DNA of 64,000 nt from Camelus dromedarius (lineage: Eukaryota). Every line of letters starts with the position of its first letter. The first letter of the stretch is position 1. Below are positions 63,877 to 64,000 of the stretch, one piece after another. The DNA lies in assembly GCF_036321535.1 (NCBI RefSeq), contig NC_087447.1, positions 38,008,001 through 38,072,000 of the forward strand, written 5' to 3'. The translations under genes and the position numbers were made by a program. The notes below the pieces were generated by a model that worked only from the letters and a program-made list of their open reading frames with translations, did not search any database and had not been told where the DNA came from.

Positions 63877-64000
63877 TTTTTTTCCTTTTTTTAAAGTATA
63901 ATCAGTTTACAGTGTTGCTACTTTATAACGTACAGCATAGTGATTCAGTTATACGTATATATGTGTGTATATATATTCCTTTTCATACTCTTTTTCATTA
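63877..64000 (-). mobile_element. L1 3' end running off the window
   Basis: polyT then aagtataatcagtttacagtgttg...gtacagcatagtgattcagttatac. Confidence 0.75.

Noticed and set aside
62400..64000. 3' end of PDE3B expected downstream by synteny
   Set aside because: No PDE3B coding or recognisable UTR sequence could be identified within the window

Overview
Mammalian genomic DNA, probably camelid (multiple Vic-1-like tRNA-derived SINEs). The only protein-coding gene I can support is an intact five-exon CYP2R1 (vitamin D 25-hydroxylase): + strand, CDS 46037-60412, 1506 nt, 501 aa, with a CpG-island/CCAAT/GC-box promoter. The 46 kb upstream is repeat-rich (L1, L2, MIR, MLT/ERV LTRs, SINEs). It also holds an old, diverged tandem segmental duplication (~18195-27385 vs ~31542-36622). 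The downstream copy runs into a stretch that resembles, from my recollection, the calcitonin/CGRP (CALCA) 5' flank and its E-box/FOX 'HO' enhancer. That similarity stops before any calcitonin promoter or exon, leaving an apparent orphan enhancer ~9 kb upstream of CYP2R1. Other notable structures: a ~335-nt L1 made only of its 5' and 3' ends (probably a spliced L1 insertion) in CYP2R1 intron 1; a ~400-bp inverted duplication in which an L1 and an L2 each carry a piece of the other; an NKX2/NFI-like motif repeated in both duplicate copies; and several minus-strand exon-like segments. Repeat family names and boundaries are by eye and approximate. No database searches were run.
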